From an uncultured Chloroflexia bacterium (GTDB lineage Bacteria; Chloroflexota; Limnocylindria; Limnocylindrales; CSP1-4): 64,000 nucleotides of DNA. The position numbers and the translations under genes are program-made. Shown here piece by piece: positions 41,352 through 51,076 of the stretch (position 1 is the stretch's first letter; each line of letters starts with the position of its first letter). The notes under the pieces are model-generated. The model made no database searches. It was not told where the DNA came from and worked only from the letters and a program-made list of their open reading frames with translations. Location: contig CAVPPB010000003.1 in NCBI GenBank assembly GCA_963707215.1, positions 1,152,001-1,216,000 on the forward strand. Reading direction: 5' to 3'.

Positions 41352-42671
41352 CTACAGCGCCGCGGCGCCTTGACGACGCCGGATCGCACGGGCCATCACG
41401 GCAGCAGCCAGGCCGAGGATGAGCGCCCCGACGAGGAACGGGCTGGCAACGCTACCGATCGTCGCCACGGCCGCCCCGCTGGCCGGTCCGACGATCCCGG
41501 CCGCGTAGAGCGGCAGATAGACGAGGTTCAGGGTCGATGAGCGCCGCTCGGGCGGGACCTCGGTGGCAAGCAGGGCGAAGACCATCGGGCCCACGACGCC
41601 GCTGAACGCCGTGAAGGTGAGCGCCGCGGCGGCGAGGAGGATCACCGTCGGCGACAGCGGCGTCAGGGCGAGCGCCACCGACGCGCCGGTCAGGCCGACC
41701 AGCAGGACCGGACGGAAGCCCACCCGGTCCCCGGCGACGCCGCCGAGCGGGGCCGCCAGCGCGCCGACGAGCGCCGCTGCACCGCTCACGAGGCCGATGG
41801 CGGCCGCCAGCCCGGGGCCCAGCCCGACGATCCCCTCCACGAGGATCGGCACGTACGGCCGGGTCATCTGGACGGCCAGGAAGCTGACGAAGAAGACGGC
41901 GAAGACCCGGCGCACCGAGGGATCGCCCAGGACGCCCCGCACGGACGCGAGGGCGAGGGCGACGACCCGGCCCTCGAGGACCACCTCCGGTCGGACCTCG
42001 CGGGTCAGCATCACCAGGACGGCCGTCGTGAGCGAGGCGGCCGCCGAGACGAGGAACACCGCCGTCAGCGAGACGCCGAGACCATCGACGAGGAGGCCCC
42101 CCAGGATCGGGCCGACCGCGAAGCCGATCGGGGTGGCCGCGCCGAAGAGCCCGACCGCCGTGCCGAGCCGCCGGCGGGGCACGACGTCGCGGACAGCCGC
42201 CAGCATGACCCCGGTGTTCCCGAGCTGGAGGCCGACGAGGAGGAGGCTGACGGCGACCTGCCAGGGCTCGACGCTGAGGGCGACCCCGATGAACACGACC
42301 GCTTCCACGACGGCGCTGCGGGCGATGACGACCCGGCGGCTGTAGCGGTCGGCCCAGACCCCCCAGAGCGGGACGAGGGGCGCCCCGACGAGGAACATCA
42401 GCGAGCTGAAGACGCCGACGAAGGTCAGCCGATCGTCGAGGCCGACCCCCAGCTCCGCCAGGTAGGCGGGCAGGAAGGCGAAGATCTGGCTGACGCCGGC
42501 CGCCTCCACGAGCTGGGTGATCCAGAAGACGGCCAGGATCGTCCGCCAGTCGGAGCGGCCGTGGTCCGGGTGGCGGGGGTGAGGACCGGTGCCGGGGTCG
42601 TGCGGACCGGTGCCCCCGGTGCGCGGGTCCGTGCCACCGGGACGGTCGTCAGCGGGTCGGGGTTCGGTCAC
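41352..42671 (-). CDS. MFS transporter
   Basis: WGVWADRYSRR and GGVAGDRVGFR motif-A repeats, about 12 TM; GTG 42671 is 6 nt after TACGCT. Confidence 0.9.
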   Translation of the reverse strand: MTEPRPADDRPGGTDPRTGGTGPHDPGTGPHPRHPDHGRSDWRTILAVFWITQLVEAAGVSQIFAFLPAYLAELGVGLDDRLTFVGVFSSLMFLVGAPLVPLWGVWADRYSRRVVIARSAVVEAVVFIGVALSVEPWQVAVSLLLVGLQLGNTGVMLAAVRDVVPRRRLGTAVGLFGAATPIGFAVGPILGGLLVDGLGVSLTAVFLVSAAASLTTAVLVMLTREVRPEVVLEGRVVALALASVRGVLGDPSVRRVFAVFFVSFLAVQMTRPYVPILVEGIVGLGPGLAAAIGLVSGAAALVGALAAPLGGVAGDRVGFRPVLLVGLTGASVALALTPLSPTVILLAAAALTFTAFSGVVGPMVFALLATEVPPERRSSTLNLVYLPLYAAGIVGPASGAAVATIGSVASPFLVGALILGLAAAVMARAIRRRQGAAAL

Positions 42672-42752
42672 GCGGGCAGCGTAGGTCGTCGGCGGGGCGC
42701 GCGTGGGTCGGTCGGCAGTTGCGCGGAGCCGGCGAGTGGAGCGGGCGGTTGC

Positions 42753-42800
42753 GCCGGCTCGGGCGGGTGTGCCGGCTCGAGCGGGTGTGCCGGCTCGAGC
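42753..42800. repeat. 18-bp tandem repeat (about 2.7 copies)
   Basis: GCCGGCTCG(G/A)GCGGGTGT at 42753 and 42771, partial copy at 42789. Confidence 0.85.
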
Positions 42801-42973
42801 CTTCTCGCGTACCAGCGGGGCTGGTGCGATCACGGCCGTTCCTGTCGCGTACCAGTCAGGCTGGTGCGATCGAGGGATCGAGGGTCACCCCGAGCGTGCG
42901 GGCGATCCCCGAGACGGCCCGGTCAGCGTCGATCGATGGATAGCACCAGTGGAGCTGGTAGGGGCGAGAAGGC
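42799..42973. repeat. REP/MITE-like palindromic element with terminal inverted repeats
   Basis: GCCTTCTCGC (42799-42808) / GCGAGAAGGC (42964-42973) flank three ACCAG-N5-CTGGT hairpins. Confidence 0.65.
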
Positions 42974-43011
42974 GGCGCCGGGGACCGGAGGGCGTGAATG
43001 GGCGCGGGTCG

Positions 43012-44467
43012 TCAGCCGGCGGCGTCGCGGGTCGCCGAGAAGACCGCCAGCGCCCTGGCCCGGGCGGCCGCGTGATCGACGATCGGCGCCGGGTAGTCGA
43101 CGCCGATCCGGCAGCCGGCCGCCGCCTGTTCGGCCGGCGACATCGTCGAGGGCTCGTGGAGTCGCTTCGGCGGGACCCGGGCCAGCTCCGGCACCCAGCG
43201 GCGGACGTAGGCGCCCTCCGGGTCGAACCGCCTCCCCTGCGTCGTCGGGTTGAAGATCCGGAAGTAGGGCTGTGGGTCGGTCCCGGTCGAGGCGGCCCAT
43301 TGCCAGCCGCCGTCGTTCGAGGCGACGTCCCCGTCGACGAGGTGCTCCATGAAGTGGCGCTCGCCCGCCCGCCAGTCCACGAGCAGGTCCTTGGCCAGGA
43401 AGCTTGCCGCGATCATCCGGGCCCGGTTGTGCATCCAGCCCGTGGCCCGCAGCTGCCGCATCGCAGCATCCACGACCGGGCACTCCCGTGCGGCCCTCCC
43501 GCCAGGCGGCGACACCGTCCGGGTCGTCACGCCAGGGGAGGTCGCGGTAGCGCCCGTCGAACGGCTCGCGGAGGACGCGCGGCTCGTGCCACAGGACGTG
43601 GGCGTAGAACTCGCGCCAGGCCAGCTCCGAGGCGAAGACCCGCGGCCCGTCGCCATCCCGGGCGGCCCGCACCAGGACCTCGGTCGGCGAGAGCGTCCCC
43701 CAGCGGAGGTCGGCCGAGAGCCGGGAGGTCCCATCCACGCCGAGCAGGTCCCGGCGCTCGGCGTAGCCGTCGAGCCGCTCGTCGCCGGGCACGATCCAGC
43801 GCTCGAGACGACGGCGCGCGGCGGTCTCGCCCGGTTCGGGCAGGAGGGTCGGGTCGGCGGTGCGGCGTGACCCCGAGCTCGGCCCGGTCGGCACGACACC
43901 GGGATCGAGCGCACGTCCGTCGACACCGGCTTCCGGGAACGGGATACGGTCCGGAGCGACCAGTGGATCGCGGACCGGGAGCCGCTCCCAGGCCCGCCGG
44001 AACGGCGAGAAGACCGTGTAGCGGCCACCCGCCGCAGTGACCACGTCGTCCGGCTCGTGGACCAGGTTGCCGCGCTTCGCGTGGAGGTACGCGCCGACGG
44101 CCTCCAGCGCCTCGGCGACCGCCCGGTCGCGGGCCCTCCCGTACGGCGCGTGGTCGCGCGAGACGTAGACGTCGGTCGAGCCGATCTCCCGCACCAGCTC
44201 GGGGAGGACGCTCGCGGGCCGCCCCCGCCGCACGAGGAGCCGCCCGCCGCGCGCCTCCAGCGTCAGCGCCAGGTCGGCCAGCGCCCCGAGCATCCACCAG
44301 ACACGGTTCCGCCCCGGCCAGCGCCCACCCAGCAGGGCATCGTCGATGACGAACAGCGGCACGACCGACCGGTGCCCGGCCAGGGCTGCGGTCAGGGCGG
44401 GCTGGTCGTGGAGGCGGAGGTCGCGCCGGAACCAGACGATCGCCGGACGGTCGGACGGAGCTGTCAT
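43012..44467 (-). CDS. phr: Deoxyribodipyrimidine photolyase, class I (frameshift near 43490)
   Basis: [61 protein letters not shown]. Confidence 0.93.
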
Positions 44468-44522
44468 CGCCCCATCTTCGCGCGTCGGGCGCGGGCGGAC
44501 GGCTCGGCGCATCATCCGGTCC

Positions 44523-45098
44523 ATGCCGGTCACTCCCGAACCGCCCGCTCCACCGCCCGGGATCGACCTGCCCGAGCCGTGCCTCGTCCTGTTGATCGGG
44601 CCGGCCGGGTCCGGCAAGTCGAGCTTCGCGGCCCGGCACTTCGAACCGGACGAGATCGTCAGCTCGGATGAGCTCCGCGAGGCGATCGCCGGCGACGCAG
44701 CCGACCAGACCCGGAACCGCGCGGTCTTCGGCGCCGCCCATCGGGCTGTTGCTCATCGTCTCGCCCGGGGCCTGACGACCGTCGTCGACGCGACCAACCT
44801 GGAACGATCGGCGCGCCGGCCGCTCCTGGGCCTGGCCGTCTACCACGGGCTGCCGGCCATCGCGATCGTCTTCGACGTCGGGCCGGCCGAGGCGATCGCC
44901 CGTGACCGTCGTCGGCGTGGCAGGACGGTCGGACCGGACGTCATCGCCCGCCAGGACGAGCGGCTACGCTGGCTGCTGGCTTCGGGCCGCCTGGCCGACG
45001 AGGACCTCGCAGCGGTCCACCGACTCGCGGGCGTCGACGCGGTCGATCGTGCGGTCGTCCGCCGCGGCGACCGCGGGACGCGGGGCGGGCGGGGCTGA
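44523..45098 (+). CDS. P-loop kinase, AAA_33 / polynucleotide-kinase-like
   Basis: LIGPAGSGKSSFA, VSSDELR, TVVDATNL. Confidence 0.85.
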   Translation: MPVTPEPPAPPPGIDLPEPCLVLLIGPAGSGKSSFAARHFEPDEIVSSDELREAIAGDAADQTRNRAVFGAAHRAVAHRLARGLTTVVDATNLERSARRPLLGLAVYHGLPAIAIVFDVGPAEAIARDRRRRGRTVGPDVIARQDERLRWLLASGRLADEDLAAVHRLAGVDAVDRAVVRRGDRGTRGGRG

Positions 45099-45115
45099 GG
45101 TCGACCCGCTCGTCG

Positions 45116-45442
45116 TCAGGCGCCCGGCAGCTCGGCCGGGCGGACGACCCGCCCGAACGGACGAGCCCGCAGCTCGACCCAGACCCCTTCACGCAGGTAG
45201 ACGTCCTGGCGGCAGATCTCCAGGGCGGCCGCCTCGTCCGCGGCACGGATCAGCAGGATCGAGGCCGACAGATCGACGAACGCGCCCGCCTCGATGATCG
45301 CCCCCTCGTCGCGGAGCGCGGCGACCCGGGCCAGGTGGATGGGCCGGTGGGGCGGCCTCGTCTCGGCGGCGTCGGGCGCATAGGTCGCCTCGACGAGCCA
45401 GACCGTCTCGACGGCGACGTCGGCGGGAACCTCGGACGACAT
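45116..45442 (-). CDS. YciI family protein
   Basis: R.PHRPIHL, AG, DVYLREGVW, RPF; AAAGGAG RBS. Confidence 0.85.
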   Translation of the reverse strand: MSSEVPADVAVETVWLVEATYAPDAAETRPPHRPIHLARVAALRDEGAIIEAGAFVDLSASILLIRAADEAAALEICRQDVYLREGVWVELRARPFGRVVRPAELPGA

Positions 45443-45505
45443 GGGCGACTCCTTTCTGGCGCCGGCGCGGCGCCCGGTCCGTCCCGGGTGGCCCGGGTCG
45501 GCTCG

Positions 45506-46378
45506 CTAGGGACCGGCGGCCTGCCCGCCGGCGATGAGGGCGATGGCGAGGACGGCAGCCGCGATCCCGCCGACGTGGGTCCGGGTCAGGCGCTCGCGGA
45601 GGATCGCCACGGCCAGGATGACGGTGACGACGGGGTACATCGACGAGAGGATCACGGCGACCGCCAGGGCGCCGACCTGGGTGGCCAGGATGAAGAGCGC
45701 GTTGCCGGCCATGTCGAGGGCTGCGACGAGCACGGCCGGACCGATCGCGGGCCGGGGGACGCGCCACGGTCGCCGCCCCACCAGGACGATGGCGATGGCG
45801 ATGGGGATGGCGACGAGGCGGAGAGCGGCCAGGGGCCAGAGGACCTCGCCGTCGGGGAGCTGCGAGATGAGGACGTTGAAGCCGGCGATGCCGAGCCCGG
45901 CCGCGACGCCGAACTCGATCCCGGAGCGCCCGCCGGCCGGTCCCGGGATCCGCGACACGAGGATGACGGCGGTGATCCCGAGGCCGATGCCGACGAGGAC
46001 GACCGGCTGGGGCAGTCCCTCGAGGGCCACCCCGGCGACGACCGGGATGGCGGCGCCGAGGACCCCGGCGACCGGCGCGACGACGCCCATCCGACCGACC
46101 GCGAGCCCCTGGTACAGGGCCAGGATGCCGAGGATCCCGCTCAGGCCGGCGGCGACCCCGAAGGCCAGCCCGGTCGGGCTGGGCAGGCGCTCGCCGAGGA
46201 CGAGAGCGAGACCCGCGGCGATGACCGCGCCGACGACCTCCACGATCAGGACGACGCCGAGGACCGGGGCCCGCCGCGTGGTCGTGCCGCCGCCGAAATC
46301 GCCGCAGCCCCAGGCGACCGCCGAGAGAAGACCGAAGACGACGGTGGCCGCCTCCGGGCCGATGCCCGGCAGGATCAG
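45506..46378 (-). CDS. DMT/EamA family transporter
   Basis: SAVAWGCGDFGGG (upstream of the ORF-track start), GRMGVVAPV, SMYPVVTV..A..LRERL; start uncertain (possible CTG at 46378). Confidence 0.85.
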   Translation of the reverse strand: MILPGIGPEAATVVFGLLSAVAWGCGDFGGGTTTRRAPVLGVVLIVEVVGAVIAAGLALVLGERLPSPTGLAFGVAAGLSGILGILALYQGLAVGRMGVVAPVAGVLGAAIPVVAGVALEGLPQPVVLVGIGLGITAVILVSRIPGPAGGRSGIEFGVAAGLGIAGFNVLISQLPDGEVLWPLAALRLVAIPIAIAIVLVGRRPWRVPRPAIGPAVLVAALDMAGNALFILATQVGALAVAVILSSMYPVVTVILAVAILRERLTRTHVGGIAAAVLAIALIAGGQAAGP

Positions 46379-48591
46379 CCTGCCGGCGCGGGTCCGGCTG
46401 CCGGACCTGCCGCGGCGAGATCGGCGTCGACCGGCGCGGACTCGTCGGCGGCCGTGGGAGCCGGCAGCTCGACGACCTCGTCGGCGAACGCGTCGTAGCG
46501 ATCGGACGTCGTCAGGTAGATGACCTGGAAGTCGGCGGCCAGGTCGCGGAGGGCCTCGATGGCCCGGGCCGCCCGGGCGTCATCCAGGGTCACGAAGGGA
46601 TCGTCGAAGATGAGCGGCGGCCGCCGTCCGCCGGTGACCAGCCGGACCAGCCCGAGGCGGGCGGTCAGGTAGACGAGGTCGAGGGTGCCCTGGCTGAGCT
46701 GGCTCACCGGGACCCAGTCGCCCCGCTCCGGAGCCCACAGCGCCATGTCGAGACTGGTGTCGTCGATGCGGAGCCGCCGGTAACGGCCTCCGGTGATCCG
46801 GCCGAGATCGACGACCATCCGCTTCTCGAGATAGCGGGTGGCCGTTCGCATCGTGGCGGCCTCGGCCTCCTCGATGGCCTTGAGGGTCGCCACGTAGACA
46901 CGGCTGCGCCGCTGCAGGGCGGCGAGCTGCTCGCGCCAGGACGCCAACTGCTCCGGCCGGGCGGCCACCTGCTCGGCGTCGACGGCGTTGGCCTCGACAC
47001 GGGCCCGGGCGCCGGCCTCGTCGTCGCGGGCTCGCTCCAGCGCCGCCTCCTGATCACGGACCTCGACCTCGAGGCGCTCGCGGGCTCGCGGCTCGCGAGC
47101 GATCGGCCCGAGCTCCTCGAGGGCGTGGGTCTTGCGCTCGACTTCGAGGGCGGCTGCGTCCCGCTGCGGGGCAGGCGTCTCGGCGGGCTCCTTGCCGACG
47201 AGACCCTCGAGCTGGCCGGTGAGCCGATCGATCCGGCCGACGTGCTCCTCCTCGGCGGTCAGCACGCCTCGGCGGCCGCCAGGTCGGATGCGGCGATCGT
47301 GCCCAGGCGCTGCCCGGTCTCCTCCTCGGCGGCGCGGAGCTCGGCTTCCATCTCGGAGCGGCCACGGAGCCGGCGGTCGATCTCGACGTCGCGGAGCTGG
47401 CGGGACAGCGGTCGCGGCGCCGCAGCCAGAGGCCGACGGCGGCGAGGACCACCCCGATGGCGGCCAGCGCCGCCCCGCCGTAGGTCGGCAGATCGGCCAG
47501 GACGCCGACCTCGAACGACCGCGCGACGAGCCCTCCGACGACGGCGACGATCAGGCCGAGGACGACGGCCACCAGGGCCACCCGCGACAGCGGGCGCCAG
47601 GTCGGCTCGGGAGGGACCTCGAACGGACCGCGACCTCCCCGGCGAGGGCCGCCTTCAGCTCGCGCATCTGACCGTCGAGGGCCCGCAGGCGCTCCACGGC
47701 CGGGCGCAGGACCGGCAGCGGCGTGGCCGACGGGTGGCTGGCGCTGAGCTGGTCGAGCTCGGCGTTGACGTCGACCCCCTGCCGGTAGCGCTGGTAGCGC
47801 TCCTCGGCGGCGGTCCGATCGGCGGTCAGGCGCTCTGCCTGGCGGGCCTTCTCGAGCATCGCCCGGCGCTCGGTCAGGGCGGCCTCGGACTCGGTACGGC
47901 GACCCGGGCGACGGACAGGGCATCGCGGTCCCGCTCGAGCTGCCCGAGGGCGGTCTCGCCGGCCTCGACCGCAGCGGTCGCCCGCTGGCACGGCCTCCTC
48001 GGCGACCTTCAGCCGCCCGGGATTCTTCTCACCCCGGCTCCGGAGATCCTGATGGCCCTGTCGAGCTGCTTCTTGGCCCGCGAGGTCCCCCGATCGGCAC
48101 CGCTGATCGAGGCCTGGAGCCGGTCGCGCAGGTTGGCCTCGTCGCGGTCGAGGTCGGCCACCTCGTGATGGCGGATCGAGGCCGTCGACCGGAAGAACGC
48201 CTCGGTCGGCACCCCGGTCAGCTCGGCCAGGCGCTCGTCGACCCGGGCCGGGTCGGTCACGACCTCCTCGTCGACGACGAGGCGTGCCGGTCCCGTGAGG
48301 TCCCCGGTACGACTTCAGCAGGCTGCCCGCGCGGACCCCGTCCTCGTCCTCGTCGGTGAAGTCCAGCTCGATCTCGGGACGGGCGTCGTCCTCGGCATCC
48401 CAGGACCGCATCGCCTCGAGATCGGCGCTGGCGCTCGTCGCCTTGCGGGTGAGGGCGAGCTCGATGGCCCGCTGCATCGTCGTCTTGCCAGCCTCGTTGG
48501 GGCCCCGCACGATCGTCAGCCCTGGGGCCAGCTCCACGTCGAGGTCTCGATAGCGCCGGACGTCACGGAGCGCCAGGCGGGTGATCCTCAC
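46375..48591 (-). CDS. Rad50/SbcC-like (YhaN-type) ATPase with coiled coil and internal TM hairpin (frameshifted)
   Basis: N-terminal GPNEAGKTT; C-terminal LSQGT signature and LIFDDPFVTLD; fragments 47551-48591, 48009-48260, 47054-47923, 46375-47265. Confidence 0.88.
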
Positions 48592-49753
48592 AGCGTCACC
48601 TCGTGGCCGCCCAGGAGGAGGCGTCCCAGCCTGCAGGGAGTCCCGGAGCTCGGCGGCCTCGTCGGCCTGCTCGGCGGCCTCCAGCTCGGCGATGCGACCC
48701 TCGAGGTCGCGGATGAAGGCCCCGGCGATGGTGTCCGGCGGCGGCAGCAGGCCCTCGGTCAGTGGTGGGATGGAACGGTCCCGGACCCGGAGCCGGAAGA
48801 AGCCGTCCCGGGCCTCCCGCTGGACCTCGTCGACATCGAGATCGAGCGTCGTCGGGACGGAGACCGGTCAGCCGGACGTCGAGGACGAGATCGGGGTCGG
48901 CCCGGCCGCGATTCGCTCGACGAGCGCTGGCTGGCTGCCGAGCCGTCGCGGCATCGACCTCGAGGAGCTCGAAGCGGGTGCGCCCGACCGTTCGCTCTTC
49001 GAGGCGACCGGCTTCTGGCCGCCCTGCGGTCGAGGGTCACGAGCAGGGCCCGGCCGGCGGCGTCCTGGTCGATCGCGACCGGCTCCGGCGCGCCGCTGTA
49101 GGCGTAGGTCATCGAGCCCGGCGCCGCCCTTCTGGGTGGAATGCCAGTGCCCGAGCGCGAGGTAGTCGAGACCGCTGGCGGCGATCTCCTCGGTGGTGAT
49201 GAGCACCTCGTCACGCTCGACGACGCCGGAGATGGCGATCGCGCCGTGGACCAGGCCGATCTTCCAGGTAGCCCGTTCGTCGGCTCCGGCGTCGAGGCCC
49301 TCGAGCGGACTTGGGGCGCCCGCTTGGTCTCGAACACGCGCCCGAACACGATCACGTCGAGGGTGGGCAGATGGACGTCCGGACGATCCGGCGTGAGCAG
49401 CGTCACCCAATCGTCGTCGGGGGTCGAGCCGGCGAGCGCCGGCAGATCGTGGGCTCGATAGATCGAGGCACGGTCGTAGACGTCGTGGGTGCCGGGGATC
49501 AGCACGGTACGGATCTTCGCCTCGACGAGCCGCGCAGCTCGGCGGCGACGCGGTCGACCGATCGGCGCGGCTGGATGTTCGAGTCGAACAGATCGCCGGC
49601 GATGAGGACGAGGTCGACCTTCTCGGCGAGGGCCAGGTCGATGGCGCCGCGAAACGCCGCAAAGCGCCGTTCACGGAGGGCCGCGGCGCCGTCGCCGAGG
49701 TCGGTGTGCCGGGCGCCGAGATGGACATCGGCGGTGTGCAGCAGTCGGAGCAG
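48588..49753 (-). CDS. Mre11/SbcD-like metallophosphoesterase nuclease (frameshifted)
   Basis: LHTADVHLG, AGDLFD, PGTHD, GLVHG, DYLALGHWH, YSGAPE across frames; stop overlaps the ATPase GTG. Confidence 0.9.
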
Positions 49754-49999
49754 CTCGGTCTTTGGCTCCTCCGACCGGTGGCCGTCCCGGCGCGGGACGT
49801 GGGCGAGGTTCGCCCAGAACCGGGTCCGTCCGATTGTGACAGGTTCGGGCGGCCGGTCGCCATGCGGACTCGGCGTGTCGAGATGGGGCGTCCGGACCTT
49901 CATCGGGCCGACCCGGGCATCCACCGGGCCGCTCGCCCGGCAGGCTGTGATTGACGGCCCGTTGGTCCGATCAGTGCTAACCTCAGGGCCACATAGCAA

Positions 50000-50103
50000 C
50001 CGGTGCGCCCCGCTCGGGACCTCATCGGCACCTGGACGCGCGGCGCCCGGCTCCTGCCTCCGACCGATCGCGCGTCCCCGGCCGAGCCCGAGGAGGCCAC
50101 CGG
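50000..50103 (+). promoter_or_regulatory. Candidate structured 5' leader RNA of the zinc-ribbon gene
   Basis: Four nested helices; starts just after an extended -10-like TGCTAACCT (49975-49983). Confidence 0.45.
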
Positions 50104-50137
50104 AGGACACAACCAGCGCCCTGGAGGCCAAGCTCCC

Positions 50138-50476
50138 GTGACCTACGTCGATCGGACCCTGACATGCGTCGACTGCGGCGTCGAGTTCATCCACTCGGCC
50201 GCCGATCAGGAGTTCTACGTGCAGAAGGGATTCTCCTCGGACCCGAAGCGCTGCACGAGCTGTCGAGCCAGCCGGCGCGCGGCCCGCGATGGCGGCTACG
50301 ACGCTCGCGACATCGGCGGCCCGCGCGGCTACGAGCGGGGCGACGACCGCCCTGTCCGCGAGTACTTTGCGGTCATCTGCACCAGCTGCGGCAACCAGGC
50401 CCAGGTGCCCTTCAAGCCGCGCATGGACCGGCCGGTCTACTGCTCCGACTGCTTCCGCACGGTCCATCCGGACTGA
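50138..50476 (+). CDS. Zinc-ribbon / CxxC-x17-CxxC domain protein
   Basis: DRTLTCVDCG..F.....QEFY..KGF...PKRC..CR, then CTSCG....VPFKP...RPVYCSDCF; GGAGG RBS. Confidence 0.92.
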   Translation: MTYVDRTLTCVDCGVEFIHSAADQEFYVQKGFSSDPKRCTSCRASRRAARDGGYDARDIGGPRGYERGDDRPVREYFAVICTSCGNQAQVPFKPRMDRPVYCSDCFRTVHPD

Positions 50477-50507
50477 CGCACCAGCCCGCGCTCGCGGCAT
50501 CGTCGAC

Positions 50508-50529
50508 GCCCCGGGTGAACGCCCGGGGC
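50508..50529 (+). terminator. Hairpin, probable intrinsic terminator
   Basis: GCCCCGGGT-GAAC-GCCCGGGGC followed by TCGTACTTCT. Confidence 0.55.
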
Positions 50530-51076
50530 TCGTACTTCTCCGGGGCTCGGATGGGTCGCGGCCGGGCGGGACCGCGTCGGGCGACGGTGCGGTCGGGTCG
50601 CCGCCGCGGTCGGTACCGATCGCACGGCGGACGCAAACCAGCCGGTCCGGTCGTCCACCTGAGCGGGATCGCCCAGGGCCCGGCCGATCCTCTGCGACGA
50701 GCCGATCCGGTGCCGGCCGACTCGACTCGCTGATCCCATGATACCGCCCGGGAGCCGCCTAGGTTCGGTCCGGGCCCGAGCGGCTCCCGGACGCCAGGCC
50801 GGATCGGGCGCGCACGGACGAGCGGGACCCCGACGAAATCACGGCCGGGGCCCCGCAGGAGGAGAGGAGAGCGGACCGGACCGGCCGGCCCGCTGGGAGC
50901 GTGGAGCGAGTGGATCGTCGCCCCGGGACGTCATCGCAGCGTCGACGGCGGGTGAACGATCGATCAACGTGCAGGGGCAGCGTCGATTCCGCGCCGGTCT
51001 CCGCACCCTCACCGTGCCCGCTGACCGGGTCCCGACCGCGGCCGGCGATCGGGTAGGACCGGCCAGAACCGGAGGG

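Noticed and set aside
42753-42973. Possible mini-CRISPR array
   Set aside because: Only two direct copies with a 13-nt gap plus one inverted copy; no cas genes.
50000-50103. SRP RNA or 6S RNA identity for the long hairpin
   Set aside because: No SRP helix-8 CAGG/GGAA/AGCA motif; too short and no clear central bubble for 6S.
50600-50680. GGACGCAAACC resembling the c-di-GMP-I (GEMM) riboswitch core
   Set aside because: The upstream GGCAAA/GNRA P2 stem and tetraloop receptor are missing, and no co-oriented gene follows.
50955-50966. GAAC-N4-GATC, a near LexA (Cheo) box
   Set aside because: One mismatch and not upstream of any repair gene start; I saw no matching box before phr or the Mre11-like gene.
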